The notes under the pieces were generated by a model. The model saw nothing but the letters and a program-made list of their open reading frames with translations. It made no database searches and was not told the origin of the DNA. Positions 44,002 through 56,825 of a stretch of DNA of 64,000 nucleotides are shown here, in pieces. A program made the position numbers and the translations under genes. The stretch spans positions 124,001 to 188,000 of the forward strand of contig CT868037.1 in NCBI GenBank assembly GCA_000165425.1. The letters are read 5' to 3'. The DNA is from Paramecium tetraurelia (taxonomy: Eukaryota). Each line of letters begins with the position of its first letter. Within the stretch, counting starts at the first letter, position 1.

Positions 44002-44014
44002 AAACACGTGTTTA
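44001..44014. promoter_or_regulatory. Perfect 14-bp palindrome TAAACACGTGTTTA in a 36-bp head-to-head intergenic gap
   Basis: Self-complementary sequence between the SRP72 ATG (44001, -) and the next ATG (44038, +); regulatory role inferred. Confidence 0.45.
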
Positions 44015-44037
44015 CTAATATTTAATATAATAAATAT

Positions 44038-45064
44038 ATGGGAGATGAATTAATTTTGAAAATTGTAGAAGTTAACCCTCCATCTTCAGAATCTGGCAGT
44101 AAAAATATCATCAAAGCCACTGGTGAATGGTATACTAGAGATAAAGAAGCTAAAATTGTGATTGATTTCGGGAATGCTTTAATATCACTAATTTCTATAT
44201 GTACTTTCATTTTAATTAATTAGAATAGAGAACTATCATGCAGATTAGGTTAATATAAGACTTAAAGGAGAAAACTCAGATGAAATTTATTATGACAAAG
44301 TAATTTGGAAAAAAAATGACGAATGGAATAAATTATAAAGTGTTGATATTGAACCATTCTCTTAAGAAATATATAATTAAATGATTGTTGAGGTGTTAAA
44401 TTACACCTAGAAGGATTATAAGGGATTAAAAAGAATTAGAGTTTATGGAGAACAAGACAAAGCAGTATATAACGAAAGGAAAAAAATTCGGAAACAACAG
44501 AAGAAAGAATAAAAAAATAAAGAGAAAGCTTCGAAAGAAACTTAAAATTAAGAAAAGAGTGACCAAAAGGATCTAGCAAAGAAAACTAAAATAGATGAAT
44601 CTTCAACTAAAAAAAATGAAAATTGGGAAAAATACAAAAAACCTTAAAATCAACAGAATAAAGAGCCTATTTTTATAGATACTAGAGAAAAATTGAAAAA
44701 TATTCACAAAGGGCTATCACCTATCAAAGAAGAAACTGAATAATTTGATTAGAAGGCTGTTCAAACTCCTAAACAACCTGAAGTATTTGAAAAACTAGGC
44801 ATTAACGTAAATGAAAGAAAAATGATTAGATTCAATTTCAATTAAATTGATAAGTAATTTTTAGAGTTGCATTAGGAATGTAATTTCCCATTCATATTTT
44901 TATAGTATAACAAACTTCAGGAATCGGAAAAGATAGGTAACTAAATTATGCTAATTTTGAAACCCACTGGCTTCAATGAATTTGAATATTTATTATATAT
45001 TGATTGTTTTAAGTAATTGATATTAGATTTCTCATACTCCTAATTCATTGAAAGATTTTACTGA
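44038..45064 (+). CDS. Hypothetical protein; N-terminal galactose-binding/XRCC1-N-like beta-sandwich followed by a charged region
   Basis: SKNII..GEW..IVIDFG....GLKRIRVYG pattern; tiny introns. Confidence 0.5.
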
Positions 45065-46480
45065 TTTGAAAAGTTGAGATACTTCATTAACTCTTGTAAA
45101 TTCTATACAAAATGCTTGTAGCTTATATATAATTATAGCAAACTTACTTCAGTCAGAAGATCTTTAATCACAATCGCCTTAGTTTTTAAAAAATGGCGTA
45201 TAAAAATGCTGACATATTTAACTATTTTCGTTTATGTTGATTTTTCCTATTTGATTGTATATTATAATTTACTTTAATATTATTACAATATTAAATACAA
45301 TAATACACATAATATGTAACGAAATCAGGAGGTATTTTCATAGAATAATTTATCATCGCAATTAATTCAATTGTAGCAGGAGTAACATCAATATTGATAA
45401 AAACATCCAAGTAACTTCAATTATTAAGTACACTTACTCTTAGAAATCAGATGACTTCACATTTTTGACTAAAAAAAGGAATACTAAGTTTGCATTATTT
45501 TCTATTAAATCAGGTAATTTTTATGTAGTAAAACCACAATTTTTTAATAAAAATTCATCATTTTATAAAAAGTCTTAAATCAACTATGCTATAAATTGTT
45601 ATGTACTTTGAATTCTTGATCACTGACTTAAGTACAACAAGCTTTCTATATAATTTCCTTTACCGAACTCAATTTATCACTGTTGATTTGAAGAGTATAA
45701 TTCCATTATATATTATTAAGCATGCAATTCTCATTCCAATAAAAATTATTTGAGTTAATGAGGGAAGGAATCGGTCTTAAGTAGTCAATTGAAAACTAAT
45801 CAGAATCTAAATTAAGCTTCTTTATTTTATCCATTAGTATAAAATGAAATATTTATTATTAAAATATATTTTAATCTATGTTTATTAGGTTATTCTACAA
45901 AAAGGTTTGAAATTCATCGGCCCTAACCTTTAAATTCAAAGTCGAGTTGAATCTATCTAAATTCATACTGTTATGGATAATTTAGCAAATTCAAAGACAT
46001 GTTAACAATGAATCCTAATATTTAAAAGTTTTATTTTTACTCTTAGCTCCTATCAAAGAATCTGTCCATTAACAACAGCATTAATTTCAAGTAAACTTGT
46101 AATCATGAGGCATTTCCAAAATAGAAAAATTCAATCTTTAATATTGTTTAAAGAATGTACTCTTATATTCTTCTACGATTCAATCTAAAATTAATATTGG
46201 TGCAAGTCAAATTTAATCAAAATACACTCTTAAATTGCATTCTCCTACTTACAAATTCTTATCTCAAAAACTTTACTTCTTTCAATTATATGGATAATTA
46301 AAAAATCATAATAATACCATTCTGAAAGTTTTTGTTATACATATAAAACACACTTATTGTGTTATATAATTTAAATATTGCAGATGATAACATTATAAAA
46401 TGCACTTAAAAAATATAATTAAGAAAAAGAGTCAAAATAAATATAAAAAACAAAATTTAATTAATTATTTAATAAATAAA

Positions 46481-49400
46481 TCAATATTAGTTTTCCTCTT
46501 CTTATTAATATTCTTACTTTTCTTTTAACTATTATTAATTGTTTAGTAATAATTATTCATTTTGATTTTAAGGTTGTTAATCATTGAAATTTAAGTTATT
46601 TTCGGATTAAAAATAGCCAATGTTATAATGTCCAGGCTTAATTAATAATATAATTTTATGATTTTTATTGATTCCATACTCCCTAATTACTATATTGTTA
46701 CTATTTTCTATAAAAATTAATTAAACAAAACTTATAATAGTTAATATATATGTACGTATTTAATTGCTTAGCTAATTCTGCAATAACAACTTCATTACTA
46801 TTACATTCTACTTCCCAATTTAATAAGTTTTCTCTATCATATACTGCATCTTTGGCATCACTAAAATCGACAACGTAATTAGAATAATTTCTAAAAAATA
46901 TAGTTGATAATCCATATAACAATCCATCTATTTCTTCTGATTATTTTTCATAGGCAGCAAATTCAGTACGAAATTATTCTTCTCTTTAATTTATATCTTC
47001 TATTAGTTTTAGTTTAGTCATTCTACGTTAAAATTCATTTAATAAGTATTTTTCTAATTCTTTATCATCAATTTTTAAATCTGTACCAGGAACAAATATT
47101 TTCATTGGCAACTCAATTTGTCTAATTTTATTAAAAAAATCATTAAATTAGTCTTAGGAATACTCAAATAGTAAAATAGATAAGAATTAAAATCCAAAAC
47201 TAGTGTAAAAGCAATTACCATCTCCTCTTACTTCTCTAAATGCATTGCAATTTTTATATAATTCTGCACTTGTTTTTAATGTTAGGCCATAATGTTTTCT
47301 CAATTCTAATTTATCCTAAAATCTTCTGATATAATATTTAAATTCGTCTTATATTTGTCTATTTTAAGAGGTCTCAGCAATTATATGCTTTAAAGTGTCT
47401 AATTCATTAATTCTATTCACAGGCTGAAGTATATTGATATCATTTGAATGTTGAGGTTGGTTTATATTTTATGGTATTTCAATTTGAACTTAATTTTCTT
47501 GACTATTATCTTGTCTATTTTCTGTTTCATTTATTTGCTAAAAATAGCCAATGTTATAATGTCCAGGCTTAATTAATAATATAATTTTATGATTTTTATT
47601 GATTCCATACTCCCTAATTACTATATTGTTACTATTTTCTATAAAAATTAATTAAACAAAACTTATAATAGTTAATATATATGTACGTATTTAATTGCTT
47701 AGCTAATTCTGCAATAACAACTTCATTACTATTACATTCTACTTCCCAATTTAATAAGTTTTCTCTATCATATACTGCATCTTTGGCATCACTAAAATCG
47801 ACAACGTAATTAGAATAATTTCTAAAAAATATAGTTGATAATCCATATAACAATCCATCTATTTCTTTTGATTATTTTTCATAGGCAGCAAATTCAGTAC
47901 GAAATTATTCTTCTCTTTAATTTGTATCTTCTATTAGTTTTAGTTTAGTCAGTCTACGTTAAAATTCATCTAATAAGTATTTTTCTATTTCTTTATCATC
48001 AATTTTTAACTCTGTACCAGGAACAAATATTTTCATTGGCAACTCAATTTGTCTAATTTTATTAAAAAAATCATTAAATTAGTCTAAGGAATACTCAAAT
48101 AGTAAAATAGATAAGAATTAAAATCCAAAACTAGTGTAAAAGCAATTACCATCTCCTCTTACTTCTCTAAATGCATTGCAATTTTTATATAATTCTGCAC
48201 TTGTTTTTAATGTTAGGCCATAATGTTTTTTCAATTCTAATTTATCCTAAAATCTTCTGATATAATATTGAAATTCATCTGCTACTTTTCGTTTTTTAGA
48301 AGTCTCAGCAATTATTCGCTGTATAAACTCTAATGGATCAGGTACAGGTATCGTCTCGGGTTAAGGATTAGGCTCGGGTTAAGGATTAGGCTCAGGTGGA
48401 AGTATAGGCTCAGGTGGAAGTATAGGCTCAGGTGGAAGTATAGGCTCAGGTTTAGGTATAGGCTCAGATTTAGGTATAGGCTCGGGTTAAAGTATATGTT
48501 CAGGTTAAAGTATAGGCTCAGGCTCTGGTTTAGGTATAGGCTCAGGTTTTGATTTAAAACTTGAAAGAGTGTTATCTTATTAGTTATCATTAATGATTTA
48601 GGATATGACTTATTGAATCTATTTTTTATGGATGATACTCTTAATTGATCATAGTGTTTTCTTAAATTTCTCGCCGTATTTTTATCACTATTTCATCTTT
48701 ATCCTGAGTATTTATTGATCTATTTGCATCCTTATTATTTGGTTATTAATTTTCCGTAAATATTTAATTATTATCTTAATTTTGTTCTTAGCTATCCTCA
48801 TTAATTAAATAACCATTTAGATTATTTTGTAATTGATTATCCTTATTTTTATATAATAAATCATTTTCAATATTTTATTCTTAGTCATTTTTACTATTGT
48901 ATAATTGTGAATTCTGGTTAATTTATTATTAATAATCATTTTGATTACCTAATGGCATTTCTGGATAATTCTATTATTGATTATTTTATGAAATGGGTTG
49001 AGAGTCAAACTTTTCTAATTTTGGTGATTCATGTGTGATATTCTGTGATTAATCATATATTTCAATTTTTAGTAAATTCTATTACCCTTTATCTCTTTTT
49101 TATTATACTTATTATGATTTTAATTCTTCTGGTTATTATAAATTATTTTGTTATCTATTATTTTAAAGATTATTTGGATTCACATTTATTTTTAAATCAT
49201 CATGAGAATTATTTTTGTAATTAACATATTATTAATTTTCTTGACTGCTCTTCCTTAATTTGCTTTATTTTTTTCATAAGTTTGAGTTTCTTATTTTTTA
49301 TCATAACAATAGATATCTAATTAATTTTTTGTTTCTTTGTTTTAGGTTTATTAAACTTTATGATTTATATCTTCCATTTCAGCTTTCTCGCCAATTAGAG

Positions 49401-49509
49401 GATCTTAATTGCTTTATTTTTTTGTATTACTGTTTTTTAAACAGTAAATGATAAAGCCTAAAACTACAATACCCACTATGATGATCAATATTATTAAAGA
49501 CGGTTCCAT
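46481..49509 (-). CDS. Membrane-anchored otubain-like deubiquitinase with two tandem OTU domains, copy B (~992 aa)
   Basis: TM N-terminus MEPSLIILIIIVGIVVLGFIIY; two GDGNCFY/PGHY domains 931 bp apart joined in frame; two identical 25-nt introns. Confidence 0.85.
48335..48552 (-). repeat. 18-nt coding minisatellite (PKPEPI/PPEPIL hexapeptides)
   Basis: Tandem units; homologous to 20000-20182 but with different unit composition. Confidence 0.9.
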
Positions 49510-52500
49510 TAACCAAATTCTATAACAAAAAAATTAATGATTTTAATTAAATTTATCAATTGTAATATTTGTTTTGTTTTGTTGTGCTTTTCAATATTTC
49601 ATATTCTCGAATAAAGGTTTGCAATTCATAAGATGTATCTTTCTTTTAAGGCTTCCTATTAAATGACTATTAATTCATTAAGGAAGTTCAAAACCATTTT
49701 TAGAAAAAATATTAATGAATAATAGAATTTAATTCTAGCGCATCCAAAAACTCATTAAGAGCAATGTTACATCCATTCTTTAGCAAAGAATGGATTGTGT
49801 TTTGTATTTATTTAGTCTACAGTTTCATTATCGGTACCAAGTATTGAATTGAGGTATCATGAAAAGACCATAATAGAAGCCTATTGCACTAGTTTAAATT
49901 GGTTAAGATACGCGAGAATTAATATCGTAAGTAAATCATCCTTTATTATTATTATTTAACACATTTAAGGGAATAATACACATTAATATATCATATCATT
50001 AATTTTACTTAATCTAGTTTAATGCTAGAATTTTATATTTTTATTTCTCTCATTTTTAGATATTATTGTATGTGTAAGTATACTTACACATAATTGAAGG
50101 CGGAGTCAAAATTATTATTGTGTGAGCTAATTTTATTGAATACTTTTTCCTAAATTCTATGTGCATTACTCATGCTGGGACTAAGAATATTATGATTATT
50201 GTATATTTTTATATTATTTAAATTGTCCCAGAATTTATCAGATTAATTTATCTTTATGGTGCTAAAACCCTAACACCATACAAAGAGCATTCATGCTTAC
50301 AGAGATTATTATATCATCCAAAATAACTCTAGTGGTGATATCCCATGCAGATGCATAAGGCTTGGTGCACACTGGATCGAATTTTCTATGATCCAGGAAG
50401 CCATCACCCACACCAAGAATTCAATTAAATACAAATAATAATTCATTCTTTATTAATTGCCATTAATGTGAACTCATCATTACTTATTATGATATTTTAA
50501 GGGATTTCTTCTATTTATAATCCTTGGAACAAAGTTTTCTGTTTAATCTTGAGCTAAATGATTGTAATCTTTTTATTATTTTTCTATATAGCTTGCTTGC
50601 TAAATTGGTAGTGATTGAGTATGCTAGGAAATTTATTTAAAGGTACAACTTTAACTTCTCCAAAGTTGGGGATGATTTGACTAAAATTAGTGTTCCATGA
50701 ATCATTCAAATTTGATGAATTATGTTCTTAAATATCTGAGAATCCGATATTATAAGACATCGGTTAGTGCTTAGTTATTCTTTCATGTGCTTAAATTATT
50801 AAAAGTAATCGGCTCTAGCTTTGGGAGCGGCAATGGGTTGTAGAATTTTAATCCTTATATTTAACCTAATATGTTTATAATATATTCCCGAACATTATTT
50901 ACATCAAATATCAATTCATTTAAATCATTGACAAAACAATTCATACAAACTTGTATGCTAATTTATTAATATTATCAGAAACCTTGGCTGAAGTATGGCT
51001 ATTAGCTAATTATTAATGAAACCTACAAACTTCTTGTTTATTCGTCAAAAATTCAATTTTTTTAGAGTTTATTTAAATTCCTGCAAGATTTAGTTACCAT
51101 ACCTAATAAATATACGATGATATAATATATCATTATAATAGTATTTATAGGAATATTTTTAATAGTCATTGATAAGAAACACATATGCTTGAGATCTTCT
51201 TATTTTTGGCTTTGACAATTCTCATATAGTTCGATTGCTATTTAATTTAAGAGAGTTTTTTGATTTTTCTTAATTCTTATTAAGCTCATAAGGTTTTGGT
51301 TAATATAAATTTCACAACAGTTCGATTGCTTTATAACAAGATAAATTAGATTATAAAAAATGTAGTGAACAATATCTCTGCTTGTGAACTGCTTAAGAAT
51401 ACTGGGCAAAATCCTCCTCCTTATGTATTTGTTGATCTGAATTTATTAAAGAAATTATGGAAAGGACTAGATTATATTGCTTATCTTGTTTTTTGTTGAC
51501 AAATTATGTGGGGTGCTATTGTTTAAAACATTGAAGTATAGTGGTTTTGAAGAAGATATATTCCAAATGCTATATCTTCTCTTTAAGGCAACACCTTTTC
51601 CAAACTATTCTTTCATATCTGACTGCTCCTTTTTGAATTTAACATACATATATCACAAAGTTGAATCAATTTATCTTGAATTAAATTTTTAATTATTTTT
51701 TTTTATTTTATCTCCTCTTTTAAATTTAAAATAAAGAAATATAATTTATGGCAATAATGTAATTTATAGAATTTTTTATCAGTAATAGAAATATTTTTCC
51801 ATTGTTGTTTTTGGTTATTTAATAGTCCAATTAAATTTGATTTATAATTTTGATTCTTATTAAGATATTAATACATTAAATCTCCAAGATAAATGACTTT
51901 TATTTCATCTTTCTTATAATTAGATAATATCAAAGTTATTACTTCTAAAAATTACTATGTTTTTAGTCTTTGTATCTAGAAAGAAATCTTGAATATTTTT
52001 ACTAATAATTTTATTATTGATTAAACTAATTATTATCATTAATCCAGATAGAAATTTTAAATTAGAATTTTGATAAGTAGATTTAAGATAATAAAAGATC
52101 TTGGTACTTATCTTTTATGAAACCTATTTGTAATTAAGAATCACATTTAAAAAATAATCAGATGATTTCTTTTTATATCTGAATTTATTGTATTTTTATT
52201 ATTTTATATTTATTTCCATTTCCAAAAGTAATTATTCAAAAAATTGTTAAACTCATACTAAAAGATCATGATCAATCAAATATTCTCAATGATTTTTTTC
52301 CTTAAATTATATCATATATACTTATAACAATTTATTCTTTTTGTATATCATTTCATTCATTAAAAATATTTTAGGAGAATTTATAATCTAACTAAAAATA
52401 AATCATCAATTTATTAGTTTTTGATTATTGTATAGGTATTACTATTATTTCTTTTAAAATCTATAAATTTTTGCAGCATTTAATATATTTTAATAGTCTT

Positions 52501-53193
52501 CGTACTTTTAATGGTATCCAATAATGATAATACTTTTAGCTAAATTAGGGAACTATCATGAAATTTATAATTGAAAAAAAAAGTAAATATCGACATCTGT
52601 GTTCCATAACGTTATAAACTCTTCAAACCAAATTTTGATCTACTGTAATGGATTAATTGTTTCAACATTAGGCAATTTAATATCAATATCATTAATAATT
52701 ATTTACTCTTTAATTTTATAGGTGAGTGATTGTTTAAAGATTATAATTTAATAAATTTGTTTTTGTTTTGATTTTCATTCTGACATATTTTTAAGAATAT
52801 ATGTCTGACTATTTTCTTTAGCTAATCATGTTTCTTCATTTACTTTATTATTTGAATTATTTTTCGGTATTTACCAATTATTAACATAAGTATTAATATG
52901 ACAAAATGTTTGATTGATTATTATTACAATACTAATTAATAAACATTTTGTATCTTTATTTAATATTTCCTAATATATATATATTTCTTCCTGCCTAACA
53001 ATAACTTGATATTAATTTATATTTAATTCTATTAAATTTATATAAAAAAATATATATTTTAGTTGGAAGAAGCAAATGAATAAGCTTTGTGAAAAATGGA
53101 AAAGGCATAGAATAAAATTAGTATATTAATATGTTGCAATTAGATGACTTGAAGATTGGTTACTATGAAAATTAAGAAAATATTAATTATATT

Positions 53194-54594
53194 TCACGTT
53201 AATGGTAATAATTAAAATCCTATTATTTTGAAAGCATCTTTTTACTTCAAAGTATTATTTTGTTTCAAAATGGCAATTTCACTATATAATTTTTCTATTT
53301 TTTCTTCTGCTTCTTGCAAAGTATTCTACTGATTATTGCCATACTCATAATCTTTCCAATTTATCCCCTTTAGTTAATTTAAGAATTAGATATATTAATC
53401 AATGATGGTATCTTGTAGATAATATCCAATATTATAATGTCCAGGCTTAATTAATAATATAATTTTATGAATTTTATTGATTCCATACTCCCTAATTACT
53501 ATATTGTTACTATTTTCTATAAAAATTAATTAAACAAAACTTATAATAGTTAATATATATGTACGTATTTAATTGTTTAGCTAATTCTGCAATAACAACT
53601 TCATTACTATTACATTCTTCTTCCCAATTTAATAATTTTTCTCTATCATATACTGCATCTTTGGCATCACTAAAATCTACAACGTAATTAGAATAATTTC
53701 TAAAAAATATAGTTGATAATCCATATAAACACCCATCTATTTCTTCTGATTATTGTTCATAGGCAGCAAATTCATTACTAAATTATTCTTCTCTTTAATT
53801 TATATCTTCGATTAGTTTTAGTTTAGTCATTCTACGTTAAAATTCATCTAATAGTTATTTTTCTATTTCTTTATCATCAATTTTTAAATTTGTATTAGGA
53901 ACAAATATTTTCATTGGCAACTCAATTTGTCTAATTTTATTAAAAAAATCATTAAATTAGTCTTAGGAATACTCAAATAGTAAAATAGATAAGAATTAAA
54001 ATCCAAAAGCAGTATAAAAGCAATTACCATCTCCTCTTACTTCTCTAAATGAATTGCAATTTTTATATAATTCTGCACTTGTTTTTAATGTTAAGCCATA
54101 ATTTTTTCTCAATTCTGATTTATCCTAAAATCTTCTAATATAATATTTCTAATTTTCATCAACAGCGCGTAATTTGGAAGAATAATCATAAATTTATTTA
54201 ATTTTATTTACACTCTATTAAACAATTTGTTATGATGTTTAATATATTAAGAGATTACCGCAAGATTTATGCTAATATTCTACCTGTTTTTACAGTTTTT
54301 GAAATTATTTAACAATATTTGACATTATTAACCGATTTTGATCCATCTAAACTGTACTCTAATTTTCTTGAATTGAAAGCTTCTATTCCTCATCTTATTA
54401 AAACTTATAATACATATCTTTTGATCCTCTAACAACTTTAATTGAATACCTTCATTTTCTTTTGGTTAAATTTTCGATTGCCCACATTTTTTTCCGTAAC
54501 AGAATAACAATAATAAAAATAACACAAGTATTAAAATGTACCACAATAAATAAGAAGGTTGTTCTGTCTCTTTCTCTGGCAAATCTTCGCTCAT
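53194..54594 (-). CDS. Membrane-anchored otubain-like deubiquitinase, copy C (~451 aa)
   Basis: Different TM N-terminus (LWYILILVLFLLLLFCY), FREVRGDGNCFY, KPGHYNIGY, helical tail; 20- and 25-nt introns. Confidence 0.82.
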
Positions 54595-54716
54595 ATATTA
54601 ATAAATTCTTAATAGAAATATAAATTTAGTTAACTATTTTCAAATTAAGTGATTTATTAATATAAAGTACATAGTTAATAAAATTATAATATAAATCTCA
54701 ATATATATTGATTAGT

Positions 54717-56147
54717 TCATGTTAAAGATTTTTCAAGCTGCTTTTTCCATGCAATTTCAATATCTGCTCTTGCCATTTTTAATAAGCCGAGTTCAAATAT
54801 GTTTTTGAAATCAGTTTCACCTTCTCTAAATCCAATTAATTACAAAATTTATCTTCCTTCATCATATTATAAAATGTTGAGATTCAAAGTCTTATTTGAT
54901 TTTTAAATTGTTCTGAATTTCTCGTCATTCGGGTATTGGATAATGTTTGTAATTAATTTTATAAATAGATTATGGGAGCTCAATAATATTTATTGAGCTT
55001 TAATCTTTTTCAACCATCTGTCATAGAGATTGATGATTTCTTATTCCCTGCTCAGTTGTATTATTTCTTATTGCTTTTAATTTAATCTATTATTTTCTTG
55101 CTACTGTTATTACTAAATTAATTATTCAGGTGTAACTTAAAGTGATCTTAACTATTCATTATATTTTTAGATGTCTTCAGGATATATTAATAACCCTCTT
55201 GCCAAATATTATTCAATCGCCAACCTAGCAGCTTTCATACCTTAAGATTCTTTACTCGAATATATTAAAACAATATTGCTGCCCATTTATTGTAAATTTT
55301 GCAATTATGGTATCAGTTCCTTCACTAATTTTTACTGATTTATCTATCCAGAAGGTTATTATATTAAATTATAACATAATACTTTGTATTAATTTTATCC
55401 TAATTTTTCACTAAAATTCCCTACTTGATAGAGGAAAATGAGATTTCTGATTTATAGATTTCTATTATAGAGACTGATTTAGTTCTATCGTATTAGTATT
55501 TCGAAGGCCTCCTCGCTATGAAGGTAGATTCTAAAAGTATCATCCCCTCGTTTTGTTGCATCTTAAACATCCTTGTAATCAAATAATAACAAAGGATAAT
55601 AACTATTTAGGATGCTGATCTCGCCAAGCATCTAATAATGTTCAATAAAAGTATTCAGGGGTTTAGTGAAGAGATATATTTATTTGACCTTCACATTGAT
55701 CTCCTTGAATATATTTAACACTTATTCTATTTCCTCTTGATTATCTCTAAATACCCAGAGATTTTTAAAATCAAATAAAAATTTATATTGCTTTTTATCT
55801 TCAATTATTTTATCAGGTCTGCTAATATCAATTGGTGTGAATCCACACTCAAATATGTCAATTTTTGCTTTTTCGGAGTATAAGTAAATACACTAATAAT
55901 CCTATTCTTTTGAAACTTATTTTTGCTAATTAACGCCCAGTCTAACAATAAAATTATACGCCATCGATTCAGTTACTTCAATGATTTTAATCTGCTCAAA
56001 AAATTTGATCATAAATGGTAACCCTATGCCCAACTTGGGCTTTGGCATAGGATATTAATCCAATATCACTTAGCTTGCATTTTAAGAGATGTCAGATTTC
56101 TTATTCTATTGAACATTGTTCCTTTTAGTTGCTTAACACATTCCCAT
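54717..56147 (-). CDS. Intronless 476-aa protein with an N-terminal MGxC acylation motif; possible DUSP-like pseudophosphatase
   Basis: Open code-6 frame; 'NIVLIYSSKESQGMKAARLAIEQYL' resembles a degenerate DUSP P-loop region. Confidence 0.55.
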
Positions 56148-56825
56148 TATAATTTAATTAATAATAACATTAAATCAGTATTCTCAAAAAATATAATTTT
56201 TATTCCATAAAGATTTTTCGATTGATCAACTCATGCTTACTGTAAAAAGCAATTAAAATTAATAGGTAGCCTTAAATAGATTCCCTAAGGGATATCTATT
56301 ATTATATTTAGTTAATACTGTTGCTTAATATATTAAGGTATTTTTGGTGATTCATCGTATGTAAAATAAGTTAAGCATGATTGATTATTACTGAAGGATC
56401 TAAGTGTATGCCATTTCAAATAAGAATTTTCTATTTTGTTATTGTAATTAATTAATTTTATTAAGCTGGAAATGTTTTAGAATCCGATTTGTTAAATTAG
56501 CAAAATGTTGAAACTAAAATCTTTAAGGATGTTTCATTTTATTGTTTATGTTTCTTTAATTTAACTCGAAATCGAATATTGAAGCCAAAAGTATTGAACC
56601 AGACATTATACCTTGTAAAACAAGATCATTAGAATTGATTAATAATCAATAGAGGATGAATTTCTGCTAAATGATCAAATCAATTACTTTCTAAAAATGA
56701 AAAAATAGAAGTAAAGTTTACTCTTAAAATGTGAAATATAATGTAAATCCAGACTGAATTTATTTAATTTATATAAGAGTGTTGCCAAAAATCAGAAATA
56801 AAGATTATATATTATTAATAATATT

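Noticed and set aside
19175..49525. Inverted repeat as termini of a large transposon
   Set aside because: The repeats are otubain genes, the interior holds housekeeping genes, and I saw no transposase or target-site duplication
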